Source of the DNA: Paraspadella gotoi
Lineage: Eukaryota; Animalia; Chaetognatha
NCBI GenBank assembly: GCA_051294375.1
Contig: CM119266.1
Location: forward strand, 25,924,907-25,981,642
Direction of reading: 5' to 3'
Length of the DNA stretch: 56,736 nt
The first letter of the stretch is position 1, and the number at the start of each line of letters is the position of its first letter. Positions 22,645 to 36,559 of the stretch are shown here, in pieces. The notes under the pieces are model-generated. The model saw only the letters and a list, made by a program, of their open reading frames with translations, did no database searches and was not told the origin of the DNA. A program made the translations under genes and the position numbers.

Positions 22645-23719
22645 ACTTTCTTGCGCAAGGTTCGTTCTTGAAATCTAATGCAACATGGGTTGCAGGTGCA
22701 AATTTCCATTCCAAATATCCGGCATTTTTTTTAATTTCGCTGATAACAATCTCACATTTTTTTTCTTTTAATTTTATTTCTTTTTTGTTAAAATAAGAAA
22801 GATGTTTTTTTTTAAAAGTAAGTTAAAGACATTTTCAACATCTTTTATTGTAAAAAGTCCCGGTCATAAAACTAACGTTATACAACCCTGTATGATCCAT
22901 TTTTAAATCTAAAATGCAACATTCACAGAATAACAGGTTTGAGCAAACAATGTCGAATCTGCATTACGATAATTAAGGCGGTAAGTCGGGCCAGCTGATC
23001 AGATTAATTTAAATCAACGATAATACTAGGTTCAAAAATTTGTGATCGTAACTGATCATACACCATCATACTATCAAAATATCAAACCAACCCAGTTGGC
23101 TTGCCGCCTTGTAATCGCTGGCAAGGCACTAAACTGAACTGTTAATCATGGTTGATCACACAATGGGTATTTATTTTAAATTTGCGTGCATCTCTGGTGT
23201 TATTTCAATCTTGTTCATTTTTTACAAGACTTCGGCATCAGATTGAACAACTTTGCATCATTTTTTAAATTTGCATGCATTTTTTTAACAGTTCTTTTCG
23301 CGCATCTAGTTATTCGTTTAAACTTAATTAATTAATTAAAAATAAATAAAAATTATTATGATGTGAGCATTAAATGATAAAAATTCAAGTTCACTGTGAC
23401 TTTGCTCTTCTCTTTCAACTGCAAACTCTTTCATCACTCAATCGGGGATGGCCTTCACGATTCTCTATCGAAACTTTCATGTCTAGCTCAATCAACAAGC
23501 ACACTTGCCTACGACAACAGAATTTATTTCAATCTATCAATCCAGGCAATTATATGAATAATACAATTATATACAGCGGTTTAAAATAGTAACAAAGATT
23601 CATGTAAAGTGACCTTATGTTTTCCAGAGGGTAACAACCGGATGACCGACTCGCTATCGAATTCCAATCTATGTTCGTGGTGTTTAGCTCCGCTGCGCTA
23701 GAGTCCTTACCTTAATCTG

Positions 23720-24075
23720 GCTTCTGCTGCTTTGTTCTCCTGTTGTGGTGAGTGAGGCTCCATGAATCAGCTTCAAATCTCCTGTTGTTAGGTGGCTTTT
23801 GCTTGTGCATCTTTCCTGTTGTTGTTGCTTCTCTGCTGCCATCTCCTGTTGTTTGCGGCCTGTTGCTGCATGAAATGTTGTTTGTTGGCTTCCGCTGCTG
23901 TAATCTCCTGTCGGTTGTGGCTTTTGATCGCTGCATAATTACTGTTGTTGTGGCTTTCTGAATGCTCGCATATCTCCTGTTGTTGTGGCTTTTGAGTACT
24001 GCTCTCTTGTCGCTATGTGACTTTTGACTGCTTCAGCATCTCATGTTGTGTGTGGCTCCTGATGCAGCATCTCTA
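23720..24075. repeat. Degenerate ~30-33 bp minisatellite (ATCTCCTGTTGTTGTGGCTTTTGCTGC-like unit)
   Basis: About ten imperfect copies of TCTCCTGTTGTTGTGGCTTTT. Confidence 0.75.
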
Positions 24076-25929
24076 TTGAACTGTTGTGATCCACCATTAT
24101 TGCGGTTGTTTCTTAAGTAAGTAATGCTGCTTCTCTTATTATAGATCAAAAAACTCTCGCGCGATAAAGAAGGCGAATACGATACGAAGATCAGTTAATC
24201 TATCTCTCATGCTCTCGCGACTCTCTGCCTTCTGGCGATTGAGATGCGGAATCGAAGAATACTCTCTCTCCAGTGCTCTGGGATTCTCTCTCTCTCTCGT
24301 CTCCGTATTCAATCATTTATAAGAGCGGATGATTCTTCTATTTATCTATCTGCAATAGGCGCCTGTTGTTGCCGGCGTAATCATTGTATAAGATATTGTT
24401 GCCTCGTAAAAGCTCATTACTTCTAGTTGATCTTTTTTCATTAACTTCTTTTTTTTTCTTTCTTTTACAACAGACCTATTTAATTTCGGCGGCGATTGAA
24501 TCGCAAAGAAACATCTATTAAGACACTCTGACGTTCTGGCTGGTTCCGTCGGTCCGTACCCTGTCACTTACGATCTTATCTCATTCTCTGTATTACTGGA
24601 GAATATGCTTAACTTGTATGAAGAATTTGGGTATAGGCACTTAATCAGTATAGAAAGGTGATAGACAGGAGCTCGGGGGTTGCTAGGTGCTATGAAAAAA
24701 TTGGACCATTTTCATATTTAATTGATTTTATTCATTTTAAGATTATATTTAATTTAAGTAGATGTATATAATGATGTTTAAAAGTGCAGTCACGTCGATA
24801 AACTGAAAATAAGATCACATCAATCAGAAGTTTTTAGGCGCATATTGTAATATAATACTTATTCAATTTAGTCATTATGTTGTGATAAGTTTTGTAATAA
24901 ATAAGATAAATATTAATGTTTCAGACTCTGTATAAAAATTTGGGTTTTTATTAATACTTTTTTAGTTGATGCTTTACAGAAAAAGTAATCGGTTTTAGTA
25001 TTCTTTTTTCTCCAGTTGATACTGTTTAGTAATGCACCTAAAATAAGTTACTTACAACTTGGTTCGTCCAACCATTTAAAAATTTGTTCTTGAGGATTTT
25101 ATTTACTATAATTTAATTGGTCCTGTTCTCATTTTTTTTAACCTTGTTTTCTGTATATATTCTATAGTTTATTCACATATGATTAGTCGGTGTAGAAGAT
25201 ATGGTTGGGGCGGTTGACGTATTTCTTTTAGTTTGTGCTTGTTCAATTATTTGTTTTGGCCATTTCTATTTGCCCTTTTTTGAATATTAATGGGCGCTTT
25301 TATTACCTTTTTCTTGGAGATTTTCATTGTCTCGTACTTATTGTTTACGCAGATACTATCGGCCCAGGAGAATTCTTGGTCTTCTCTCAGGACTCGATTC
25401 CTAAAAAAAGGCTTTGTAGTAAGGATGAGGTGAGGCCATTTCCCTCACGAGTCAAGGTCTACGTCAATATTTTGCCTGATACGCGTTTTCCAGGTTATGC
25501 CCCTCTTACTAGACATGAGCCACACCACAGAAACACGACCGAGAAAAGATACTTTGTGTGGGACGGAGACTTGCTGTGCGCACAATAAGGCTCAGGCAAC
25601 AGACTTGTGGTCCCCGCCTTTAGCAACCACAACTCGTGTGACATTCTCGCGATATTTTTACTTTGAATTTATTATAGATTCCATAGAATCTACATGATGA
25701 ATTATCATACTATCTCCATATACTTGTATCATATAACCTCTATCTGGAACAAGTCTCTTACAAAATTTTTTGAATATAAATTAATTTTTAGACATAAAAT
25801 TAAAATTTCTCACAATAATTGTCCTTCAGCAAAAAAAAATATTAAAACTTTTATTTTTATGACTTCTTAAAATCTTTATTTTATTTTTCTTTCACATATT
25901 TTTATTTCTATTAACTTCTTCTATATCCA

Positions 25930-27210
25930 CTATCTCTCTCCTTTCCTCTTTTTATTTCCCCTTCATATCATCTCCTTTCCTTCCCTTACTTCCTTTAATT
26001 CACTTTTTCTTTCCCTCTCTTTTCTTCACCCCCTTTCTTTTCCTTCTCTCCTCTCCCATTCTTCTTTTTTAATCACTGTTTCCTTTTCCTTCTCTCTTTC
26101 TCTGTACCTCTTTTTCACTCGCACTCCTTTTCCGTCTTGTTTTTCTTTAACACTTTTCTTTCCTGGGTCTTTCTTTCCTCTTTTCTCTCTCCTCTTCCCC
26201 TTCTTCTTTTTTAAGGTTACTTCTTTCTCTCCTTCCTTTCCTCTTTCTCTACTTCTCTCCTCTTCCCTCTTTTTCTTCTAATCAGCTTCTTCTTCTCGCT
26301 CTCTCCTCTCTTTCTTTTTTCATTTCTCTCCTGCTTCCCTCTCTTTTCTTTATTCACTTTCTTTCCTCTTTCCTTCGCCCTCTTTCGTTATATCATTCCT
26401 TCCTTCTTTTTTTTAATGCGGCTTTTCTTTCCTTTCTTTTCTTTCCTTTTTTTTCTCTCGACTCTTGGCGCCCCTTCTTTTCTTTACACTCACTCACTTT
26501 TCTTTCCATTTCCTCTTTTCTTGCTGCTCCTCTTTCCCGCTTTTTTTCTTTAATACATTATTCTTTCAAATTCTCCTCATACCTCTCCTTTCTCTTCTCT
26601 ACTTTCTCTCTTTCTTCTTCTCTCTCTTCCTTTCTTCCTTTAATCACTTTTCTTTCCTCCTTCGTCTTCCTTTCTCTTTTCTTCTCTCCTCTTCCCCCTT
26701 CTTTTTTATCACTTTTTTTTCCTCTCCTTCCTTTCCTCTTTTCTTCTGCTCCTCTTCCCACTTCTTTTCCGTTAATCCACTTTTCGCTTTTTCCTTTTTC
26801 CTCTTTTTTCTCTTTTCTTCTCTTCCTTCTTCCCCTTCTTTTCTTTCCTTCTCTTCCTTTCCTCTTTTCCTTCTGTCCTCTTCCCCTTAACGTTTTTTTC
26901 TTAATCATCACTTTTCTTTCCTTCTAGCTCCCTACTCTAGACGACTCTTTCTCTCCTTATCCTCTTTGCGGCCTAATGCTTTTCGTTTAATGAAATTCAC
27001 TTTTTTTCTCCTCTTCCTCTGCTTCTCCACTTACTCGCGCCGTGGCTACATACGCCTCTTTTTCTTCCCTTTCTTTTCTCTTTAATTCCACTTTTCTTTC
27101 TTTCCTTCATTCTCTCCTCTTTTCTTTTTCTCTTCCCTTCTTTTTTTTTAATCACTTTCTTCTCTCCTTTCCTTTCTCTGTTTCGTCTTCTTTCCTGCTT
27201 CCCTTTCCGT
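25930..27210. repeat. ~1.3-kb polypyrimidine low-complexity array with a recurring TTTTTTAATCACTTTTCTTTCC motif
   Basis: The + strand is almost purely C/T, with AATCAC-containing units recurring roughly every 70 bp. Confidence 0.85.
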
Positions 27211-28812
27211 TTCGCGGTCCTTGTTCAGGAACATCAGGCGAGCAGGTGCTACACGCCTCCCTCCTCCTCCTCCCTCCTCCTCCTCCTCCTTCGCCTCCTC
27301 GTCTTTCAAGATCTGATATTTCGATAAAAAGAAGAAAAAAGACGAAATCGAGGAATTAAAGTGATGATGAGGTGTTCATTCATCTCTTCGTTGTCATTCC
27401 AGTGTCTTATTCATATATTCTTCGTTCATTTTCCGTCCTAGCGTCTATTCATTCTCATCTCTTTGTTCATGTCTCTACGTCTATTCAATATTTCATCTTT
27501 TCCTTCATTCCTTCCCTCTCATCCTCGTTTATTCCTTCGTCTCATTCATTCATGCAACTTGTCGTTCCATTGCTATGTCTCATTCATTAATTCTTGTTTG
27601 GTTCATTTCCTTCCCCTTCATTCATTTATTCCTTCGTCTCATTCATTTCATCACTTCCGTTTTATTCCTTCGTCTCATTCAGTGTGCACTCCTTCTTTCC
27701 TTTATTCACCTAATTCGTACATGGTTATTATTCATTCATTCATTCGTCGTCATTTTTTTCTTTATTCATTTTTTCGTATCATTCGTTCTCATTCTTTCCT
27801 TCAAATTTATATATCAATATTTTTTCAAATAAGAGTTTGAATTTAGCATACATTATTACATTATACAATTTGCTAGATTTAGTAGTTTAATACAATTTTT
27901 TACTTTTTACATATATTCCTTATTAAATTATCTTATCGTTTTATATTTTTTATGTTTTAACCATAACATTAATTCTCTTCTGAATTTTTGTTTATTGATT
28001 TCATTATTTGATTGTTACGGTCATTCTTTTCATTCTTTGCATTCTTTTTTATTGCGTTATTCATTTTCATTTATTTAATTATTAACTTATTCATAATTTA
28101 ATTTATAATTTATTTTTCATTTATTTATTTTTTTATTTTATTAATCTTTATTCATTTTTACTTTTCTCATTATTTCATTCATTCATTCATTCATTTCATT
28201 CTATTCTATTCAATTCATTCTTCATTCATCTCTATTCCTCTCAAAATAAATCTTTATTTTTCATTTAATTCATTTATATTGCCTCTTCATTCTATTGCCT
28301 CTTCATTCTATTCCTCTTCATCTATCACCTCGTAAATCATCTTCCTCCGTTCTTCTCTCTCTTCTCTCTCTCTCTCTCCTCTAGAATTTCTATTCATTCT
28401 TTTTCCGACTTTTTCTAAACAAAACTTACTTCCTTTTTTTTTCCTTCCATCTTTTCTTTCGTTTTGCCTGCGGTCATTCCTCATCTTTGTCATTGGTCAA
28501 AGATATTTACTTGAATGTACAAACACTTTCTCTCTGTTTTGCTTGAAATTTTAATTTTATTTTTTTCTCTAATTAATTGAAAAAAATTAATAGATTCACC
28601 AATACTTACTACGTAATTAGTTTAATTTTCTCGGCGACACTATTCTCCTCAGAACACACGACGCCAAGCAATAAAAACAAAAAAACAAAAAAATGTTTAA
28701 AATTTAATTTTAGAATTGATTTTGAAAAGAATTGTCATGTCTTCTCGCAGCCTGTCGCAGCCCTCACTTGACAGATTGGTCCGAATGTCTGGGATTTGGC
28801 TGTGATGACGTC

Positions 28813-31800
28813 ATGGGCACGACGTCCTCGATCGCCCAGGACGGCGACGGAGAAGAAGGATTGGAGAGCATCTTCAGGCGAAAGGCCTGGCTCGTCGGCA
28901 GACTCAAGGTTTTAATAAACTAATCTGCTAGTTCCGGGATTACAGTATTAAAAAATAAGTTAGTTTAACTTTGTTTTTGTTAGTTCACATAGTTTTTTGG
29001 TAAGCTAATTTTATTTGGCGCACTGCTTCCACAAAGCGAACGACGAAACCGCCGATCATTACCGTCAAACCCGTGACGACGAACGTGGAGGCGTTGACGA
29101 GGGACGAGAGTCTCGACGCTTCGACCGAGATGACCTCCAGACGGTGAGAAGGGTTGGTGGGCGTGGCCAAATTTCTTAAGGTTATATCTCGTAATAGGAA
29201 ACTGCTGGCATGTTCAGATGATATATCTTTGGTTATAATTTTATTTGTTTAACTCATATGTGTATTTCACCGACAGGATTTCAAAGCGGCGGTCGTCGCT
29301 ATTCAAACCTAAACGTCACGCTCTTACATACACTGACACTTCGGAGGCGTGGAAGCTTCTCAGGTCGACCGCTTGATGCTGTCCGTTTGTCTATTGTTCA
29401 AATGTTACATTCTTTTAGTGATTTTACTTTAAATCATTCCCATTTTTCTTCTAAGATATTTAAAAAATGTCTTGATTTCTGAAAAGTGATTGACCTTTGT
29501 TTTGTTTTCAACGCCTTTTGTTTTCCATCCCAAGAGATGGCGCTGGCGACGTCTCCGTCTTTGACTTCACGACGACGCACACGGTCCTCATGGGGACGAT
29601 CAGTTCGAGAAGCAGCTGCTCTAGAGTTCTATCCTCCTCTTCGCTCGTCGGGGGAGAAGATGGGTAAGGAAAAGCGGTTGAAGGTCATGGGTGAGTTTTG
29701 GTTGGTGCCGTTTGAAAATGTATATTTAGTTCTTTGTTGTACATTTTTGATAATCACCTGAAGCGATTCCTTTCGGATCCCGTACATCGTGGAAAATCCG
29801 CCCAAACCTCAAGACATCTGTTGCATGTGCGAATATCACCGATCGGGTTATCCCACTTACCCCTGCCGGTTAGTTATTAATTGTCACAAGCTCTTCGTTT
29901 TAGAAGCTATTCAAATCGAAATTTTTTTTTTTCCTGAAAATTAACTACAGTGTTTGCTTAAAATGCTACCACGAAATATGCTTAAACAAGAAGGGGACGG
30001 TGATCGGCAAAGACGTGAGCATCAAAAGCGCCAACGACGTCGTTGGTAATTATTTAGTCATTAAAATACTTAATAAAATAAAATAATAATCTAATCAATT
30101 AATTTTATACTTTAATAAAGAAAACTTCTAAACTGGAAACCTTCACCCTTGAAATTCATATTGGACAGTAAATATCTTGTCAGAATTATTTTTAGTTTAT
30201 TTAGTTTTATTTTTTTATTCAACTTTGAGTCATGAACTTCTCCTTTAAAACGTCGACAGGCTGGAGTTGCCCCAAATGCGAGGACATCTCTTGTCTGCTG
30301 AAAGAAGACGAGCTGTTGGAGATCGTCGAGACATTCGACAAGTTGGACGAGAATTTCGACACCAAAGTTTCCGTCGACGAGTTTCTCGATTATCAGGTGA
30401 TAGAGAACGTCATGTAATCGAAAGCACGCGATTAATATGAGGATTGTAAGTTATAATCCTCATATTAATATAAGTTATATCGAGGATAATTTGACAGTAT
30501 TAAGTTTCTGCCCATATTTCGAACGTAGCCACTTTTTAAATTCAGAAATGTTTGTACCTCGAGCGGTGGGGCGTGGAAATGACGGAGGAAGACATCGACA
30601 TGGAAAGGATAAAATTCAACGTCATGGACAAAGACAAAACCGGAACTATTGAATGGTGAAAGAAATCTGTTTATATCGCTTTGAATGACCACGTTATTTA
30701 TAGGATTTTATTATTTTTTTAAATTCAGGTTTGAATTTTTAAATTACGAAACGATAAAGAAGCTCAGAAGACGGAAGAAGATGTCGCTGGTGAATCTTTT
30801 GACGGAGAACGAGATTCAGCAGGTGCGAAAAGAGTTTATAAAATGTGTTGAATTTTACTCTTACCGAACCGCACCCACCGCGGTCCCACCTCCCTCCCGT
30901 CCACGTCACGTCCGACTCATTAGGCGCGCCAAGCGTTCCAAGCAATGGACAAGGACCTTAACGGAGAGATCGAGCGGCAGGAGGCTCAAGAGGCTTTCAA
31001 ACTCTGGTACAACGACCTCCTGACCAGGAAGTGGGTTAACGAGAGCTTTGCGCAAGAGGAGGAGGTGGTCGGACATAAGGAGCGAAAAACGGACGGACAG
31101 ATGGCAGAAAAAACTCCGCCGAAAACCGCAGAATCGGACAGGCAAACCCCGAAAAATGCCATGGCTCGGGGAAGAAATAAGGCGAAAATAGCCGGTTCGG
31201 ACAAGTCGATGAAAACGTCGACGGGCAGTTCGGACAAGACCCAGTTGAGACGGACGGATAAATCAATGGATAGGAGCGGTGAGCGGCCAGAGACAAAACC
31301 AAAGGAAGGAACCAACGCTGCGCCATCTAACGAGCCAATGCTGCATCACGCCAACCCATCCGACAAGACCGAAAGCAACCAGACTGGTTTACAAAAGGAG
31401 CCGAGTGTCGGTATTTCGGCCAGTAAAGGGAGAACCGACGAACTGAAAAAAGAGAATGAAGAAACAAAAGCAGATTTATCGAAAAAGGGGTTTTTTTGGT
31501 CTCTTTTGTTTTTTTTTTTTTGTTTTTTTGTTTTTTTGTCTTTTTTTTTATAAGTATATATAGAAGAAAAAGGTAACAAATTTTCTACTCTTTTCGGAAC
31601 AATTTTTAAAGAATTTTGACTTAAAATTAAATTTATATATTATTTTTCTGAAACTTTTTAAACTTTTTATTTTGTTCAAATAGACAATTCATTCGGATTA
31701 CCTTTTGTTTCAGTCAATACGCAAAGACGAATCTCTCATTCTGGAAGAAATCGACGACGACGACGACGACGACGGCCACGACGACGACGGCGCCGACGGC

Positions 31801-32629
31801 GAAGGGTCCCCTTTCGTCCCAAAAAAGTTAATCAGGAAGTCGGGTAAATTAGTATGTATCCCTATCAGAACATACAATTCTACATGGTAGTCTTATCCCT
31901 ATTGGTAAAAAAAATCATATATACGTTGGTCCCCCCTCAAAAAATTATCCATCCCACCCCTTTCTGTTCAGCCTCTTAGATATTATGATTCTATTAATGA
32001 CTTCTAACAGAAATGATGTGTGATATCTATTAGAAAACTAGAAAACAGATAGTAATCTAACCTTGTGGTTGTATAGATGCTCCCTCTATTTCCAGAAGAC
32101 AACACTGACTTCCCCTTCCCAAATTGAATTATATATAATATAAAACTTTTAAAAGAAGCAATATATGTTGATTAAATAATATAGATTAAATACTAAATCC
32201 TTCATAAAAATATTAAAATATTAATTAGAAAAATAGAAAATAGTGAAACAAGTAATTTGCAAATTTTCATATAATAATTAGTGTATATATAAAAGATAAC
32301 GCAATGAAAGAAACGATAAATCTATGGAACCTCACTTACAAGTTTATATAAATTATAAAACAACATGGAATTAGACCTTTTCAGAACTGAAACGTAACGC
32401 CATCCACGAGACCAATTTCAATCCTGCAAGTAACCCACAATAACAACCATGACCTTCCTGCAGTTACCACGTGCGTCAACGCCTGACGCACCTCCTTTCT
32501 GGCGACGACGATCACGACGGTAGAATCAGTTGGGCCGAATATTTAACGCAACAGGCGCTCTCGCTAATTTCCGCCAGGCCCAACGGAGCCAAGGCAGGAT
32601 TCCTACTCGAGACGCCCAACTATCTCTGA
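28813..32629 (+). CDS. PHF24: PHD finger protein 24 (GINIP) homolog: N-terminal MG, PHD/C1-like finger, four EF-hands
   Basis: About 13 exons give MGTTSSIAQ..., EAWKLLRDGAG, DICCMCEYHRSGYPTYPCRVCLKCYHEICL, GWSCPKCEDISCLLKEDELLEIVETF, GTIEWFEFLNYE, SLVNLLTENEIQQARQAF and RISWAEYLTQQALSLISARPN, with the stop at 32627-32629. These match vertebrate PHF24 landmarks in order (AAWERLRDGRG, FPCRVC..FHDGCL, GWSCHYCDNINLLLTEEE, IEWPDFLSHE, LLRLLT..ERERARAAF, VDWPTFL..ILAARPN). Confidence 0.9.
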
Positions 32630-32950
32630 AGCGATCACTCGCAACGGGTTACAACGCATGACAACAATTTTGCCAATCTTCTTTTTACATTTTTATATTT
32701 CAATGAAAACGTTTTCTAACTATGAATTTGTTATACTAAATTCATTCAGAGCTTGCGGCTTCACTCTCACAGTTTTTTACCTTAATAGTTTTCTATGTGA
32801 GCTTAAATATAAATGTTATTTCTACATGTAAATTTATTTAATGTGAGAAAATATTCGAGTTAGTTTTGTTGAATAATTTTAGAAATGAGTAATGTCCGAA
32901 AAGGGCATACGATTTTTAAAAAAACTAAAGGAAGCAATTGTAATTCCTGG

Positions 32951-33030
<80 letters not shown>

Positions 33031-34186
33031 CTCTCTATCGTGACGTCATCGCGGTCTCACCTTCGCACCTGAATTTAGATCGGTGATTCGAAAAAACTTA
33101 AATTCCTGTTGTGAATCACGTGCCCGACGCAAACGGTGAGGTTTTGGTTTTCCGTGAGTAAAAAGGAGGAAGAGGAAGAAAAAAAGAGGGAGATATTTAA
33201 ACTCAAAATATGAATCAAAACAAAAAGAAAACAGTTTTTGTCAATTTTGAAGTTTTGAGAATCGCCTTTGAAAATTTTTTTTCCTCACAGGTACGTCAAG
33301 AGAGAGAAGAAAAACTTTAATTTATTTTAGACCTACAATTAGAGTAAAATTATGGCAGAGATCAAGAGAAAGGGAAGAGAAAGTGAAAATGCTTTTCTCT
33401 TCTTATTTTTTTTTATATTTTCATTCGTATATCATAATTTTTTTTAACTTAAAATGATTGTCCACAAGAATATTTCAACAAAATTTTCGAAGATAAGAGA
33501 GATAATTCGACTAAAGATCAGTTAATCAGAGAAAGGAAAGAAGTTTCATTCGTGCTACATAATCAACAAAAAATCAAGAATTTGACGATTTTTTTTTAAA
33601 AATGCCTCATTTTTTATTAACAATTATTGGTTGATCCTCCAATATTGCTAATCCTTTTTCCGGAAAGCTGCAGCATTGGTAAAAAAAAAATTATATCGGT
33701 TTTTCCGGGGAGAATCGATTTAGCAATATTCTCATAATAAAACGGAAAGAAACAAACGTTAAAATTCATTATGAATCATTTTTTTCACTCGAAACCCAGG
33801 AAATCCAAGCTTCGCAAAAATGGCCCTCGTCGTCCGTCGTCGTTCGTTGACGTCCGGTCTATTCGTCGTCGTGTTGTTCGTCGTCCACCGGATGACGTGC
33901 GCCTCAACTTGATTTCGAATCAACCCCGATCCGAGAAATAAAAATTATTTAATATATCTCTCAAAAATAAAAAAAGCAATGAACAGAAAAAGTTGTCTAC
34001 TTACAGTCGAAACGGACGTTAAACTACTGTTACGGGGTCAAGGAAATAAGCAGAAGGAAAACGGCGAAATAACTCAATTAATGCTCTAATTTTCTTTGTT
34101 AAACTTTGCTAAATCTGGCAGTACATGTAAAACCGTTTTTGGAAACCGTGGTTGCAATTAATCTCTCTCTCTCTCTTCTCTCTCTC

Positions 34187-34219
<33 letters not shown>

Positions 34220-35179
34220 CTTTCCGTAATGCGTTTGAGGAAGCTTAGAGTAAGGCGGAGCCTTTAACGGTTAATACATAAAATAAATTACTTGTTGGTT
34301 TCTCTTGAAGCTTTCGAGCGACTTTCATCTGAGTGAAAAAGTATTAGGATTTCTTTACTTTAGGAAAAAAAATTAAAAACTAGGTATTTTTAAAACTTAT
34401 TCCTGTCAATCTTCTGTTGGGGAAATACATCGTCTAACTCTGTTTTTTGTTTTGTAAACAGATTAGGAATAAAAAAAAAAAAAACAAAAAAAAACACATC
34501 CAAAAATTGTATTCTCGAACGAAAAAACGCAAAATTCCTTTACATCCATGTAAAAAACTATTTAATAAATTTCGTGACACTTAAATCCTAAATCCATATA
34601 AAGCAATGTGCGAAACATAATATTAAAAAAACGCGATATAATATTTTTTTTTAAATCAGAGCGCTTTTTTTTGGCTTTTAACAAGTTTTGAGCAAAACAA
34701 TGTTTCGGATCTGTCTACGATTTAATTAATCAATTAATTTCTAATCGATTAATTAATTAATTAATTAATTTTAAAATGTATAATTAATTTTAAATTTATA
34801 TTCAAACTTATCATCTCGATTGTCCTTAAAATATGGTGGTTATAGGACAGTGTTATTAATATGTTGTTTACATTATCAAAACAAAACAAAATATCCTCAT
34901 ATTTTATTTATGATCTCCATTCTCTCTCTCTCTCGTTCACTCTCTCCTCTCTCTACTTTTTATACAATTGCGACGATCTTTATTGCGTTTTAAGATTTTT
35001 ATTGCATTCATTTTTTCACATTAATTAATTTAATTTAATTAATTAATTAAAACATTTATTAGTAATCATTATACTTTAAACGATTCATAGTAAAGTTTTA
35101 TTGACTTTATTTTTTTCCATCTAAATTCATTCCACTGGCACAATCCGGTCAAAACTTATATAAATTACCATATATTAAT

Positions 35180-35912
35180 AAAATTTTAAAAGCGCTTTCT
35201 GATAAGCAAATACAATACCCAATGAACTAATTCAAAATGTACATTGACAAATCCATTTAATAGTAAAGGAAAAAAAATTTTAAAGAGGAACTAGAAGTTA
35301 TAAAAGATTTTCAATTTTTGGCCCGCCTTATAGATATTAGGCCGGAACAGGTTTGGAAACTTAGAAGTTTCTCTCAAATAAATAAAGGTTTAAGGCGACT
35401 ATCTAAATAATATGAAAATTGAAATAATTTTTTAAAATTTTGCTTATCCAGATTTTTATTATAGATTTCCAGAATAAAATAAATTAATAATAATAATAAT
35501 AGTTAGATAAGGTTATTAATTACAACTTTTTAAAATTTTGTTTATTAATGAAAAATTTTAAAAAAATAAAATTAGCCAATAATGATGGATGATGATGAAT
35601 TTTTTAAGTATTCTATTTTTTTTTAGACCAATTTATTGTCAAAAATTTGGAAAAAAATTATAGTACTAACTTTCATTTTAAACTTAAGCTCTTACAAGAA
35701 ACCGTTCTTAAAAAAATCACATTTTTAAATTTTTGTTGTCATTTTTAAGTTATTTAATAAATATTTAAAAGCTTCAGTGACAAAAACCCAATGAAACTAA
35801 TTTCAAAAAAGTACATTGAAAATCGATTTTAGTAGTAGAAGTAAAAAAGAAATTTTTTGAGAGAACTAGAAGTTATAAAAGTGTTAAATTTTTTGGCCCG
35901 CCTTACTAGATA
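35180..35912 (+). repeat. Two diverged ~150-bp direct copies (35180-35335 and 35760-35912) ending in TTTTTGGCCCGCCTTA(C)TAG
   Basis: Shared CCCAATGAA(A)CTAATT..GTACATTGA..GAACTAGAAGTTATAAAAG..TTTTTGGCCCGCCTTA. Probably fragments of a dispersed repeat. Confidence 0.65.
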
Positions 35913-36559
35913 TATGAAAAGTCGATGATTGCTGATTAAACAATGGTTTATGCTCGGAATATTAATTTTATCAATCCTTTATGTAATTTTGTAGTGAGTA
36001 TTTTAAGTTATTTTTTTTATTCCATTGAGTAAAATAACCACCATTTTTTATTTAGCTAATTTTTTATCTCGGACTCTGTCTGCTCTCTTTCTCCTCTCTC
36101 TTCTCTCTCTCTACTCTCTTATCATTTGCAAATTTGGCAACGACCTATGCTCATTTTTTGCTCTCTCTCTTTCTCTCCTCTCTCTCTCTCCTGCAATTGC
36201 GACGCATCCTTTATGCTCGATTTCTGCTCTCTCTCTCTCTCTTCTCTCTCTCTCATACTACTTCTCTCTCTCTCTTTGCAATCTTGCGACGATCCCTTTA
36301 TGCTCATTTTTCTGCTCTCTCTTCTTCTCTCTCGTCTCTCTCTTCTTTTTGCATTTGCGGACAATCCGCGTGCTTGCTTTTAGGATCTATTTTAACTTGC
36401 ACTCATCCTTTTTCTCGCCTCGTTGCATCACTCTTTTTCAACTTGACATACATTTTTATTAAAATTCTACCACGATCATCTTTTTTCTCATTAATTAAAT
36501 TCAATTATTATACACTCTCTTATTTAAGTCAAAAATCATTTTAATATTAGTAATCATAA

